Shown here one piece after another: positions 28,336 to 38,470 of a stretch of 61,219 nt of DNA. Position numbers and translations under genes: made by a program. Position 1 is the first letter of the stretch, and each line of letters begins with the position of its first letter. The DNA comes from a virus (lineage: Duplodnaviria; Caudoviricetes): positions 1-61,219 of IMG/VR virus record IMGVR_UViG_3300017788_000001. One strand, written 5' to 3'. The notes under the pieces were generated by a model. The model was not told where the DNA came from. It was given only the letters and a program-made list of their open reading frames with translations, and ran no database searches.

Positions 28336-28583
28336 GCAAGACCACCAAGTTCATCAAGACCAGCAAGTTCCCCATCACCTTCGACCGCCTGCATCCGGGC
28401 AGTACGTTCATCATCCACGCCGAGCGTAGCCGTGGGTTCAACTTCTCTCGCGACTACACCGTCTACCGCAAGGCCACGGACGCTGAAGGCTTCTACGCCT
28501 ACCCCGCGCACGACAAGACCAAGGCAGCATGCCTCATGCCTTCCGACATGGTGTGGCCGGTGAAGGAACAAAGGAGCAGCTAA
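28332..28583 (+). CDS. hypothetical protein (83 aa)
   Basis: AAGGA RBS; coupled. Confidence 0.6.
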   Translation: MSKTTKFIKTSKFPITFDRLHPGSTFIIHAERSRGFNFSRDYTVYRKATDAEGFYAYPAHDKTKAACLMPSDMVWPVKEQRSS

Positions 28584-29230
28584 TGGCTCGCATTTTCACA
28601 TGTGATGCAGTGATGTGCTCGAAGCTGCTTCACACCAGACGTGAGCAGCTGGCGCGCGCCGGGCTAACGGTCATGGACATCGTGTATGTACCGGGCTTGT
28701 GGGCAGGGACAGCCAAGGCTTCGCAAGCGCTTTACATGGAGGATATCAACGAGGAACGAACTGCCGCTCATGGTGGCGCCCTTGGTATCATCTATGACAC
28801 GCAGGTAGAGCTGCCGGCGTCACTTCGAGAAGTAGGCTTCACAGGTACAGGTACCTTTTGCTGCCAGTCTATCTGTGAGTCGGGACCTTTGGGAAATAAC
28901 TTCTATCGCGCAGCTGCTCTCCTTCCGTGCACGCTGTTGCCTCTCTATAATCTCAATGACGAGAGTATGGGGCGCACAGCGTTTTATGGAACACCGACGG
29001 GCGCTTTTAAACGAGTGCATTACCCGTCAGTCGGTCCCTCTCGTTCTTCGCACGCATTCGATCGTGCACGAATGACCAGCACCTCTGAGGCTGTGGACAG
29101 ACTCGGATCGGCAGGCCGTATTGAGGCGAGTGTTCTTCTTGCCAGTGCGTTTCGAAGAAGTAAGCGTTCCATCCTCACCGATAGTAGCTACGAAACTTCT
29201 CTCCCATCATCGTTGCAAGGTACCATTTAA
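28583..29230 (+). CDS. hypothetical protein (215 aa)
   Basis: AAGGAG RBS; TAATG coupling. Confidence 0.65.
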   Translation: MARIFTCDAVMCSKLLHTRREQLARAGLTVMDIVYVPGLWAGTAKASQALYMEDINEERTAAHGGALGIIYDTQVELPASLREVGFTGTGTFCCQSICESGPLGNNFYRAAALLPCTLLPLYNLNDESMGRTAFYGTPTGAFKRVHYPSVGPSRSSHAFDRARMTSTSEAVDRLGSAGRIEASVLLASAFRRSKRSILTDSSYETSLPSSLQGTI

Positions 29231-29242
29231 CGGTTAAACATC

Positions 29243-30124
29243 ATGACAATTCTCATCACGAAAGAACGATACGAACAGGAACTGACCAATGCGCCTAACG
29301 GTGCGTTACTGCGAAACTTCGCCAGCATGCTCGGCAGAACCCCCACGGCTGCAGACTACAAGACGCTGCAGACGCGTTACATGACGCACCTCCATATGGC
29401 TGCTGAAGATCCTGCGGACGTTAGGAACTGGTCGCCTCACTGGCTGAAGTTCGGCAAGAGTACACGACCGTGGCACTTCGTCAGCCCCGCGTCTGTCCTT
29501 CCCGCCGATCAAGTGTGGGTGGGGTTCGAGGTGGAGACAGGCTATCACTCACGAGAAGCCCTAACCACTGCGCTGGGCAAGCTAGCTCGTTGCAAGCAGC
29601 TCATCGCGCTGGACGTGGAGGGTAGTGGCAGGCAGCCTATCGAAGTGACATTCTTCCCTGTCGCACTGGCTGATATGGAGAAGAAGGGCGGTCCGTCTCG
29701 TATCATCAATATGTCTACTTCTGTTCCCCCAGCAACGCACGATCCTGACCGTCTGGTTGGCACGCACTTCAACTTCAGCACACCTACCATGCGTAGCTCC
29801 GGTATACAGTTCGATGTGAATGGGGTTGGACATGCTATTCAAAACCTCACTGGCGAGCAGCGTGAGCTTCTGTTCGGTAGATCACGTGTGTACGGCCCCA
29901 CTCCCTACTGGCAAGGCACGCACGTCGAGTGCAAGTGGTTCAACACCACATACAACAAGAGCATGTGGAAGCGCTATTGCCGTGTCATGCGTGCGTTCAT
30001 TGCTGAAGTACAGGCTGTGGAGGCAGGTGCTCCCCAGCGCTGGGGCGCCTTCTTCAACACGCTCGCTGGGCGTGAACAGACACGTCTCATCAGAGAGGCG
30101 AACAGGAGCCGCCGTGCTAGCTAA
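29243..30124 (+). CDS. putative amidoligase (glutamine synthetase-like COOH-NH2 ligase fold)
   Basis: GFEVE, IEVTF, GTHFNFS and VECKWF motifs. Confidence 0.7.
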   Translation: MTILITKERYEQELTNAPNGALLRNFASMLGRTPTAADYKTLQTRYMTHLHMAAEDPADVRNWSPHWLKFGKSTRPWHFVSPASVLPADQVWVGFEVETGYHSREALTTALGKLARCKQLIALDVEGSGRQPIEVTFFPVALADMEKKGGPSRIINMSTSVPPATHDPDRLVGTHFNFSTPTMRSSGIQFDVNGVGHAIQNLTGEQRELLFGRSRVYGPTPYWQGTHVECKWFNTTYNKSMWKRYCRVMRAFIAEVQAVEAGAPQRWGAFFNTLAGREQTRLIREANRSRRAS

Positions 30125-30965
30125 CATCCTTCGACGACGTGGGCTGGGCAAGGGCAGCACGTCTGCTATTCACGCCATGAGTGAGGGCAGGATCGGGGTT
30201 GTCCGTAGTGACGATGCTGTCGCCGTGGCCGCGCTCGACTCTTCCCTTCCCCTGATTCGCTGGGGCTGCACGTCACAAACCCGACACCGAGGCCCCCAGC
30301 TGAATACGTCCGCATCAATCCACTGGTGCAACGACAAGCGCAGCGGCAGACTTGCGATGCAGGACGCTGGTGTGTCTGTGCCGGAAACGTGGGACGCTGG
30401 TGATTTTCTGTCAGCGAACAGAGAAGCGCTGTCTTATGTGGCGCGCCCTGTACATCACGCTCAGGGACGCAATCTGCTGGTCTTCGACGGTAATCGCCCA
30501 GAGCAACTGAGGGATTTCGTGAGCCGGACCGGAGGTGGTTATGTGTCACGTCTTATCGACAAGGTGGCGGAGTATCGCGTGTTCGTGTGCCGTGGCCGTG
30601 TTGCATGGGTGGCTCGCAAGCATCCGGGCAATCCCGACGACGTGGCGTGGAACGTGGCACGTGGCGGACGTTTCGAGAACGTGCGCTGGAACGACTGGCC
30701 GATGGAGTCCATCAAGCAAGCTCTTGCTGCAGCCCGTCTCAGTGGCACAGACTTCTGCGGTGTGGATGTGATGGTGGATGCTGACAACAGGGCTTACGTT
30801 CTGGAGGTCAACAGCGCTCCCTCGCAGACCAGCGAGTACCGCCAGCGCTGCACCACTAAGGCACTGCTGTACACGCTGGAGAACATGGACCAGACGTTCG
30901 AGTCCCCAACTAGATGGCGTTCATACAAGGATGTCATCCATCCAGCACTGAACACAGGAAACTGA
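30114..30965 (+). CDS. ATP-grasp ligase
   Basis: AGGAG + GTG at 30114; EYRVFV, WN...GG, DFCGVD and VLEVNSAP. Confidence 0.85.
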   Translation: MLANILRRRGLGKGSTSAIHAMSEGRIGVVRSDDAVAVAALDSSLPLIRWGCTSQTRHRGPQLNTSASIHWCNDKRSGRLAMQDAGVSVPETWDAGDFLSANREALSYVARPVHHAQGRNLLVFDGNRPEQLRDFVSRTGGGYVSRLIDKVAEYRVFVCRGRVAWVARKHPGNPDDVAWNVARGGRFENVRWNDWPMESIKQALAAARLSGTDFCGVDVMVDADNRAYVLEVNSAPSQTSEYRQRCTTKALLYTLENMDQTFESPTRWRSYKDVIHPALNTGN

Positions 30966-30966
30966 T

Positions 30967-31587
30967 ATGTGCGTAGCAATTGTAATCCCGGCAGGTAAGC
31001 GTATCTCACTTCAGCAGGTACGTGCCTGCCACACATCCAACGATGATGGGTGTGGCCTCGCCTATGTCAAGGGCAAGACGGTCAAGATCATCAAGGGGCT
31101 GTTCGAGCCCGACGAGTTCTACCAGAAGTATCTGGAAGTAGCAGACACGTATGGCGACAAGGCCATGCTCATGCACTTCCGTATCGCTACGATGGGCAGG
31201 GTGGCCGACAGGAACTGCCATCCGTTCTCTATCTGCGGGGGTGCCATGATTCACAACGGCAGTCTGTGGAGCGGACCGCTCACCAACGACAAGTCGGACA
31301 CTGCGGAGTTCGCGGAAATGTTCGGCAAGATGATGAAGGAGAAGTACGTATCCGCATCGCTGGACAAGATCGACAAGGCCGTTAGCTACAACAAGCTGGC
31401 CATGCTATATGGGTCTGGTAGGTACTACATCACCAACAGTAACCAGTGGCATAATATCGACGGCGTATTATTCTCCAACATCAACTGGAAAAGATTCGTC
31501 GACCAGTCTCCTACGCTTACGCAAGCCATGATCGACGAGGCGTGGGACGAGCACTATGCGTGGGGCGGCAGGGGAGGTGCTCACTGA
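30967..31587 (+). CDS. class II (Ntn) glutamine amidotransferase
   Basis: N-terminal MC; NDDG.G, HFRIAT.G, HPF, HNG and SDT. Confidence 0.85.
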   Translation: MCVAIVIPAGKRISLQQVRACHTSNDDGCGLAYVKGKTVKIIKGLFEPDEFYQKYLEVADTYGDKAMLMHFRIATMGRVADRNCHPFSICGGAMIHNGSLWSGPLTNDKSDTAEFAEMFGKMMKEKYVSASLDKIDKAVSYNKLAMLYGSGRYYITNSNQWHNIDGVLFSNINWKRFVDQSPTLTQAMIDEAWDEHYAWGGRGGAH

Positions 31588-31949
31588 TGAAAGACAACAT
31601 GCACAACTACCGTGTATGCTTTCGCAAGAAAGGTGTCAACAAGGAAGTTGCCATGAGCATAGGCGTCGATGATCCGCAGCGTCTGGAAAAGATCGTCATG
31701 GACGTTGCGGGGGTCAAGTCGCTCGACGAGCTGGATCAGTTCGAGAGCCACCTCATCAAAAGCGACGGTACGACAGAGATCACGCAGCATGTCAAGGAAA
31801 AGCCCGTACCCTCTTCTATCATTACTACTCTACCGTCTCGTCCCGGCGATCTGTTCCACGAAAGCAACAAGAACAAACTTCCATCACCGATGGGAGTTCT
31901 CACCCGTTTCTTCAAGACAGCACCTGCGCAGGTAAAAGCATATGCCTAA
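31587..31949 (+). CDS. hypothetical protein (120 aa)
   Basis: GGAGG RBS; TGATG coupling. Confidence 0.6.
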   Translation: MKDNMHNYRVCFRKKGVNKEVAMSIGVDDPQRLEKIVMDVAGVKSLDELDQFESHLIKSDGTTEITQHVKEKPVPSSIITTLPSRPGDLFHESNKNKLPSPMGVLTRFFKTAPAQVKAYA

Positions 31950-32583
31950 TCTGGCTCAATCCCTAGGCTCCTCTTATTTCTCCGAGAGAATGAGTGGGGT
32001 CTTGTTAGTACGTGATGGTCGCATCCTGAGCATCACGTCCTACCACACCCGTGACAATTCCATCGAATGCCATGTCGTCGCCTCTCCCGATCACTCGGGC
32101 GAAGGTGAGTCTGTCCGCATCGACGCAGACCTCATCAATTCATATGACGACGTGAGTACGCCTGCCATGGGCTACGTGCGTGTAGGCGATCATCTATGGC
32201 GTGCTACACGAAACAGTTCGGGCCGCGCCGCTGGCGGATTCCTTCAGAGCGGCGTGCGCTGGGAACCGTCACAGCTCACATACCTCATGCAGCTCAGCGG
32301 TGCGGGTGTGTCAAACGCGCCTCCGGCTAGAGATGGGTTGATGTCCCTCTACTTCCCGGCGCACAACACGTTGTCGGAGTGGAGCGCTATGGTTGAGGGA
32401 GAGCTGTCCGGTCTCGTCTTGTCCAAGGACATCATCATCGAACCTACGGTGCGTAACGACCGTGACGAGTACGATGTGTTCGTGAAGGGCATCAACATCG
32501 GAGCCCTTAACCCGGACATGAAGATTAACCGTTATACCCCCAAAGAGAACCGTGACACCATCAAGGAGATTCTTGCGTCATGA
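31942..32583 (+). CDS. hypothetical protein in the amidoligase cluster (213 aa)
   Basis: Coupled ORF with P.MGYV motif. Confidence 0.65.
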   Translation: MPNLAQSLGSSYFSERMSGVLLVRDGRILSITSYHTRDNSIECHVVASPDHSGEGESVRIDADLINSYDDVSTPAMGYVRVGDHLWRATRNSSGRAAGGFLQSGVRWEPSQLTYLMQLSGAGVSNAPPARDGLMSLYFPAHNTLSEWSAMVEGELSGLVLSKDIIIEPTVRNDRDEYDVFVKGINIGALNPDMKINRYTPKENRDTIKEILAS

Positions 32584-33656
32584 GTAAGAAGCCTGTACAT
32601 ATGTACTGCGGTGGCCGCAGGATGCCGCGTTTAAGTACGGTGTCCGGTATGTGGCCTGACAGCAGCCTGTTCATCGGACTTGAGATCGAGGCAGAGAACC
32701 TGCGATACTCAAATCGTTCGCGGACAAGCGACGACGACTATAACACGCTTGCTGAAGGTGGCTGGTGTGTCGACAATGACGGCTCATTGCGCGACGACGG
32801 TCGTGAGTTCAAGTTCGCCGGCCCTCTCTGTGGTATGGACATCACCACAGCGCTGGACGCGTTCTTCAACGTGGTGTCGTTCACTCCGTGTCACCGCGCA
32901 GGCATTCACATCCACGTGGACTGGACGACGGTCGATGACGCGGACAGTCTGGCCACACTGATGGCTATCGCCTACGGTCTGGAGCCCGCGCTGTTCAGCA
33001 TCGCCGGCGAGGGGCGTAAGGAATCTTCATTCTGCCGCCCTCTGCAGGACATCGACCCAGAAAAACTGGCAGGCGCAGTTCGTTCTGGCTCATTCGAGTG
33101 GATGCACAACAATCTATTGCCGGGTATCGGGCGCTACTATGGCGTCAATCTCGCGTCTATTGCCAAACACGGTACGGTAGAGTTCCGTCACTTCCCTTCC
33201 TTGTGCGACAGACAGAAGATCGAAACGTGGATTAAGCTTGTGATGCTATTCCGCATCGCAGCCACCAATCCCTCACTGACTCCTGTGAAGGTGTGTGAGA
33301 TGATGTCTACTCCGGCAGGTATCCATGAGTTCTGTCGTGCCTACTTCGGGTTCCATGACCTGCACACACTGCTGCTGGACAACATGGACATCGGTGCTGT
33401 GGCTCAGCGCATGAAGCTGATGCACGGTTTAATTCGTGTCAGACCTGTCGCAAAGGCTACCGTCACCCGCTCTCATGCAGACAAGCTCAGCGTTTCTGCC
33501 CGTCGTTTCATCGACAAGAAATACCCACAACTACGTCAGCAGCGAGCGCGCGCTGCGGAACTGGTAAAGGAACTGGTCAATCCGAACGTGCATGAGTTCC
33601 AGAGATTCCAAGAAGATATAATGGCACGAGTGACTTCCGGCGTGGAGACGATCTAA
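32580..33656 (+). CDS. putative amidoligase (phiEco32-like)
   Basis: IGLEIEAE, DGSLR, GIHIH, RY..VN and GTVEFRH. Confidence 0.85.
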   Translation: MSKKPVHMYCGGRRMPRLSTVSGMWPDSSLFIGLEIEAENLRYSNRSRTSDDDYNTLAEGGWCVDNDGSLRDDGREFKFAGPLCGMDITTALDAFFNVVSFTPCHRAGIHIHVDWTTVDDADSLATLMAIAYGLEPALFSIAGEGRKESSFCRPLQDIDPEKLAGAVRSGSFEWMHNNLLPGIGRYYGVNLASIAKHGTVEFRHFPSLCDRQKIETWIKLVMLFRIAATNPSLTPVKVCEMMSTPAGIHEFCRAYFGFHDLHTLLLDNMDIGAVAQRMKLMHGLIRVRPVAKATVTRSHADKLSVSARRFIDKKYPQLRQQRARAAELVKELVNPNVHEFQRFQEDIMARVTSGVETI

Positions 33657-34987
33657 TGTGCGGTATCATCGGTTTCATCAACGCCATGCCTCTATCCGGC
33701 ACCACTGGCGAGCGTCATGTCAGCTATCTCACCAAGGCAGATGACGTGATGACCAACGGTGTCGTGGCGTGTAGCGTGCGTGGTATGGACAGCACTGGCG
33801 TGTTTCAAGTGAACGGTAAGGGCAAGGTATTCGTCCACAAGCTTCCCGTGAACGCTTCCATGTTCATTCAGGATAAGGTGTCGAAGCAGTTCCTGAAGGA
33901 CACTATGACCTCCCCAATCACCGTGTTCCACACGAGAGCAGCGACTGAGGGCCGAGTGAACCTGAATAACGCCCACCCATTCACTGCGCTGGATTCCAAG
34001 AACAGGCTGCTGGTGGGCGTGCATAATGGCACACTGTCCGGGTGGAAATCTGCCAAGGATTCCGGCCGCTTCGAGGTGGATTCTGAGTGGGCCATGAACA
34101 GGCTCGCTCAAGATCCGTTCGATGCATTCGAGGATTTCCGTGGAGCATGGTCTTTCGTCTATTGGAAGGAAGAGCAGCCGAGCGTGCTGTATTTCGCTCG
34201 CAACAAAGAGCGCCCTATGTGGATGCTGTTCACCAAGAACCGCAAGCACGCGATCTTTGGCAGCGAGCCGGGCATGCTGAGCTGGATTGCCCAGCGCGAG
34301 AACATCGACGTGGAAGACACTGTGTATGAACTTCCGGTTGACCATGCCGTGATTGTGGATGTACACGCAGACACGCTGGAAATCAAGCACGCATTCAACA
34401 GTCAACTGCCTGCCCCTAAAACGGTGTACGTTCCTACAGGCAGTTACAGCTCGACGACCATCTATCGTGACTCGCGTAAAGACACACTCAGCGCCACAAT
34501 GGCCAAGATTCTTAGCGAAGCTGCCGAGGCGTTTCGTAAGGGCATCAATACTACTGCTGCTCCGACCGCTGTTCAGCAGCCTGCTGCGGAAATTCCGTTC
34601 GAGGCTGGCGAGATCGCGCCCCTGACTCCAGACATGTTCGACAACGGAGTCGCCACCGACTCCGAGAAGAAGATGGCCGAGCAGGAGGGACTGTATGGAC
34701 AGGTGGTGGCGTTCACTCCTACTGATGCTCGCAAGAACTCCGTGTCCGGTACGATCACCGTGCTACGCAACGAGGGTGAACTTGCAGAGGCTGATGCATT
34801 CCTACGACACGGGCAGGAGGACCTGCCGCTAGAGGCTGTAGTGGAACAGTTCGCGTGGGTAGCTATCGCCGGTATGTACACTGTCAAGGACGTCCTGATC
34901 TATGTACTCGCTCCGCTCAATGAGATGGGCGAGGACACGATTGCCGACGAGGTAGCGTCGTACGTCAGCGATGATCTCCCGCGATGA
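33656..34987 (+). CDS. class II glutamine amidotransferase with a C-terminal extension (443 aa)
   Basis: MCGIIG, RG.DSTG, HTRAAT.G, NAHPF, HNGT, VDSE and RN.ERP. Confidence 0.9.
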   Translation: MCGIIGFINAMPLSGTTGERHVSYLTKADDVMTNGVVACSVRGMDSTGVFQVNGKGKVFVHKLPVNASMFIQDKVSKQFLKDTMTSPITVFHTRAATEGRVNLNNAHPFTALDSKNRLLVGVHNGTLSGWKSAKDSGRFEVDSEWAMNRLAQDPFDAFEDFRGAWSFVYWKEEQPSVLYFARNKERPMWMLFTKNRKHAIFGSEPGMLSWIAQRENIDVEDTVYELPVDHAVIVDVHADTLEIKHAFNSQLPAPKTVYVPTGSYSSTTIYRDSRKDTLSATMAKILSEAAEAFRKGINTTAAPTAVQQPAAEIPFEAGEIAPLTPDMFDNGVATDSEKKMAEQEGLYGQVVAFTPTDARKNSVSGTITVLRNEGELAEADAFLRHGQEDLPLEAVVEQFAWVAIAGMYTVKDVLIYVLAPLNEMGEDTIADEVASYVSDDLPR

Positions 34988-35784
34988 GCGTCGCTGACTC
35001 AATCTCCCTTTCCTATTCGTACTTGCGTGAAGGGGAGTCCATCAATAGTCAGCTGTGCCCCGCTTGCGGGGGTGGGCACAGCAAGGAGAAATCGCTCACA
35101 GTCAGCCGTAGAAAGAGCAGGCTGGTGTGGCGCTGCTGGAGGGATGGGTGTCAGTCCGTAGGTATGTGCAACGACGGCGGTAGTTTAATCGTTAAACACG
35201 TCACCAAGCAGACTAAGTGGCTCAACTACAGGCTGCGTAAAATTCCGGAGGATCGATGCGAGCTGCTGCAGAACAAGGTATGTAACCGTCTGCTAGACGA
35301 TTGTCTGTGGACCGACGATCTCGGAGGCAGGTATGCATTTCCTGTGTACGATGCGTCTGGTAGTCTGAAAGGCAGAGTGCTGCGGTCATACGACAAAGAC
35401 AGTGCGCACACTAAAGCTTTGATAGACGTAGGTGATTACACGGGCTGCGCGTGGTCCGTGAACGGCGAGCATCCTGACATCGTGATGGTTGTAGAAGACA
35501 TCCCGTCAGCAGCAAGATGCGCCACGGAGCCCGGCGTAACGGGCTGTGCGTTGATGGGAACACACATCAGTGACGGTAAGGCGGAGGACATCAAGGACTC
35601 CAAGGCTCGCAGGTATTACATCTGCCTTGATCCGGGAGCTTTGAGCAGCGCGGTCAGGCAGACTGTGATGCTGCGTAACTCCCTTCCTCTAACTGTCATC
35701 CCTCTGTCGAAAGACATTAAAGATATGTCGCCCGAAGAGTTCGAAGCTCTGATGGCTAGCTTGAAGGAACACAAAGATGATTAG
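34984..35784 (+). CDS. DNA primase (Zn finger + TOPRIM)
   Basis: CPAC...CWRDGC; VVEDIPSA; LD. Confidence 0.8.
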   Translation: MSVADSISLSYSYLREGESINSQLCPACGGGHSKEKSLTVSRRKSRLVWRCWRDGCQSVGMCNDGGSLIVKHVTKQTKWLNYRLRKIPEDRCELLQNKVCNRLLDDCLWTDDLGGRYAFPVYDASGSLKGRVLRSYDKDSAHTKALIDVGDYTGCAWSVNGEHPDIVMVVEDIPSAARCATEPGVTGCALMGTHISDGKAEDIKDSKARRYYICLDPGALSSAVRQTVMLRNSLPLTVIPLSKDIKDMSPEEFEALMASLKEHKDD

Positions 35785-36439
35785 ATTCACGGTGGTTGAC
35801 AGACTGGTGCGCCTAGCGATGGCCGCCCTGTCACCGAGAGAGTGCGTGTACATGATGTACATTCTCGGGATCAGGAATGGCATACATCCGGGAGGCGCTT
35901 ATCTAGTAGGTGGTAACGAGATAGAAATTGAGAATGACCTGCGTACTAGAGACGCCGCGATGGGTGTACAGGAAGGCGTGTTCGAACTGCCTGACAGTGA
36001 GCGTCAAGTACAGGCTCCTCGTGGTAGGGGAGACGTAATGGGGCTTCTCAACACCGGCGCTGTTGGTACGATTATCTGTTTAGGCGTCCCGCATGAAGAC
36101 AGAGCACATGTGCGATGGACAAATGAATATGGGCCTTTATACCGAGATGCTACAGCTGATAATAGCAGGGGACAGACAAACGATCCTTATGAACAACCTG
36201 TAGTGCAGGAAGTCACGGGGTCTAGCACAGTATTCACAGCTCCTACACCGCAAGACGTGTGGATGGAGGAAGATGCACACCTGCATCTGGCCGAGCTGGA
36301 TGCGCGTAGAGAAGTGATTCAGGGCAGAACGCGCATTGTAGCTGTGGACGTAGAAGCGCCCGGTGCGAACATGTCTACAGAGCAGGTGAACGTGGCCTAT
36401 AGAGTGCTTGACACAGACTGTGACAACAGGAGACGTTAA
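35777..36439 (+). CDS. hypothetical protein (220 aa)
   Basis: Coupled between primase and helicase. Confidence 0.6.
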   Translation: MIRFTVVDRLVRLAMAALSPRECVYMMYILGIRNGIHPGGAYLVGGNEIEIENDLRTRDAAMGVQEGVFELPDSERQVQAPRGRGDVMGLLNTGAVGTIICLGVPHEDRAHVRWTNEYGPLYRDATADNSRGQTNDPYEQPVVQEVTGSSTVFTAPTPQDVWMEEDAHLHLAELDARREVIQGRTRIVAVDVEAPGANMSTEQVNVAYRVLDTDCDNRRR

Positions 36440-37650
36440 TGGAGAAAGTGCTGCTCAGCTCCGCACTGAATAGCCGTGAGGCGTTCTCGATATTCGCCAA
36501 GCACCTTGACCCCAAGGTAAAGAGTCGCGAATATCAGATTGTCATGCGGGCTATCAGCGACTATTACGCACGGGACGGTGACTGCACCAAAGTGGACCCT
36601 GCTGTACTGACAGAGCAGGTGATGGCTACGCTGCAGAATCCGAAGCACAAGGAGCGATTCGCGTCGCTCCTTGCCGAAGTGATTGCGCTAGACAGCTCAC
36701 CACCCAACGTCATCGAGCTGGTACTTGATGCCAAGCGTAACGAGCTGGCCGATCGCGTGGCCGTAGCACTAGCCAATAGGGACAAGGACGCAGACGAGCT
36801 AATCGACGAGTACAGGGAACTGCAGCGCGTGTCGTCTCTGGACGACATGATGTTCGAGGACGTTGTGTTCTTAGACTCCTCCAACATCGACGAAATTCTT
36901 AGCGAGGTGGTTAGCCCTGTCAATTACATGAAGCTCTACCCGCTGTCGGTCAACTCACGCGTCGATCAGAGACTGGCACCGGGCCATCACATCCTCACCT
37001 ACGGCCTGCCCGAGATGGGCAAGACTGCCCTTAACGTGACGTTCTCTGCGGGCTTCTGCTCGCAGGGCAAGAAGGTGATCTATTTCATCAACGAGGATAA
37101 GAACGAAGACATCTACACGCGTCACATGTGCTGTCTGTCAGGCATGTCCTACGACGCCATCCGTGCTAACCCGCAGAAAGCCAAGCAACTGGCGATGGAC
37201 GCGGGTCTTGAGAACCTCAAGGTGGTGGGCATATCGCCGGGTAACTTAACGATTATTGAACGCGTCATCGAGCTTGAGGAGCCCGACGCAGTATTCATCG
37301 ACCAGCTCATGAACCTGAACGAGAAGGGCGACGGGCTCACACAAGTGATGGGCCGAGGCTCGCGCGGAGCGCGTAAGCTTGTGAAGAAGTACGGCATCTT
37401 GGGTGTCAGTACAGCGCAGGCTGCGGACAGTGCGTCAGGCAAGGCAGTGCTGGATATCGGCGACGTTTACATGTCTAACATCGAAGTTCCCGCACAGTTC
37501 GATGTCATGATTGGAATCGGTGGTACGCCGGATCAACTCGCTACAGGACGGAGAGTCCTGTCCTTTGCGAAGAACAAGACGACAGGCGATCATAACCCTG
37601 TCGTCGTTAAGCTTCACCCGAGCATCAGTCGTTACACGGATGATGCGTAA
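36439..37650 (+). CDS. DnaB-like replicative helicase
   Basis: Walker A GLPEMGKT, FIDQL, STAQA, DVMIGIG and KNK. Confidence 0.85.
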   Translation: MEKVLLSSALNSREAFSIFAKHLDPKVKSREYQIVMRAISDYYARDGDCTKVDPAVLTEQVMATLQNPKHKERFASLLAEVIALDSSPPNVIELVLDAKRNELADRVAVALANRDKDADELIDEYRELQRVSSLDDMMFEDVVFLDSSNIDEILSEVVSPVNYMKLYPLSVNSRVDQRLAPGHHILTYGLPEMGKTALNVTFSAGFCSQGKKVIYFINEDKNEDIYTRHMCCLSGMSYDAIRANPQKAKQLAMDAGLENLKVVGISPGNLTIIERVIELEEPDAVFIDQLMNLNEKGDGLTQVMGRGSRGARKLVKKYGILGVSTAQAADSASGKAVLDIGDVYMSNIEVPAQFDVMIGIGGTPDQLATGRRVLSFAKNKTTGDHNPVVVKLHPSISRYTDDA

Positions 37651-37684
37651 GTGAATCATAAATAAACGTGCTTATATCAGACTA

Positions 37685-37713
37685 TTGCTTTTTGCTCCGA
37701 AATCTGCTACAAT
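37685..37713 (+). promoter_or_regulatory. sigma70-type promoter
   Basis: TTGCTT-17-TACAAT with an extended -10 TG in an AT-rich gap. Confidence 0.75.
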
Positions 37714-37833
37714 ATGTGTTGCTTTTAACGAGAGAGCGACAGCTCCCCTCTAATGGGGAGCGCAGCACGCGGTGCGATAGCGAACGAGTAAGCGACGATG
37801 TGTTATCGAAAACGAGAACACGAGGAGCGTGAC

Positions 37834-38286
37834 GTGGAAGTTAGTGTAAAAACGTACAGACGCACTGTTAACTTCGATCAAGACCCAGAACCGTACGGTG
37901 ATTGGCACGAAGACCTAGAGTCAGGAATACATTCTGTGTCGCTGCGCAGCCGGAAGTCCGGGCGCGAACGTGACTGGGATCTAGAAGAGGAAGTGTTCAA
38001 CATTCTTGAAGGGTCTACGGAATGTCACGTAGTAGTTGTGTACTATTCGGACGGTGACAGCTTCGGGAGATGCTCCGGAAAGATGGAAGTTGTATGGGCA
38101 TTCGGTGATGCTGCTAAGGCACGTGAGTGCCACAAGGCATACAGAGAGGCTATAGATAAGGACGCATACAGTGTTGTGTTTCTAGACGATCACGGCGTAG
38201 AGGTTACGCAGAACAATGTGTGCTTTGATTACTTCGCTCACGAAGACAGCCTTGACATTACGACATACACACTAAAAGGTAAGTGA
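37834..38286 (+). CDS. hypothetical protein (150 aa)
   Basis: GAGGAG + GTG; YSDGDSFG motif. Confidence 0.7.
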   Translation: MEVSVKTYRRTVNFDQDPEPYGDWHEDLESGIHSVSLRSRKSGRERDWDLEEEVFNILEGSTECHVVVVYYSDGDSFGRCSGKMEVVWAFGDAAKARECHKAYREAIDKDAYSVVFLDDHGVEVTQNNVCFDYFAHEDSLDITTYTLKGK

Positions 38287-38287
38287 C

Positions 38288-38467
38288 GTGAGAATACGAA
38301 TCCGTGCTAAAGTAGCAGATCTTACCGCAGAGCACGCGTGGTGGGCGTGGTATCCAGTTGTGGCCAAAGACAACAACGGTAACTTCTACATTGTCTGGCG
38401 AGAGCATGTAAGACGCCAGCTGTCGGGCACTAACGACTACTTCTTCTATGAATACAAGGTGTGGTGA
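38288..38467 (+). CDS. small hypothetical protein (59 aa)
   Basis: AAGGT RBS; W.AWYPV motif. Confidence 0.55.
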   Translation: MRIRIRAKVADLTAEHAWWAWYPVVAKDNNGNFYIVWREHVRRQLSGTNDYFFYEYKVW

Positions 38468-38470
38468 TTA

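Larger units (their letters stand above)
19766..35197. promoter_or_regulatory. dispersed 15-bp palindrome, consensus GWTTAACNGTTAAWC (about 14 copies)
   Basis: Copies start at 19766, 20646, 21031, 22274, 22584, 23035, 24767, 25494, 25836, 26796, 27497, 29225, 32523 and 35183. Confidence 0.8.

Noticed and set aside
19766-35197. CRISPR array or integron attC sites from the recurring palindrome
   Set aside because: Repeats are 15 bp, irregularly spaced hundreds to thousands of bases apart, with no cas or integrase gene
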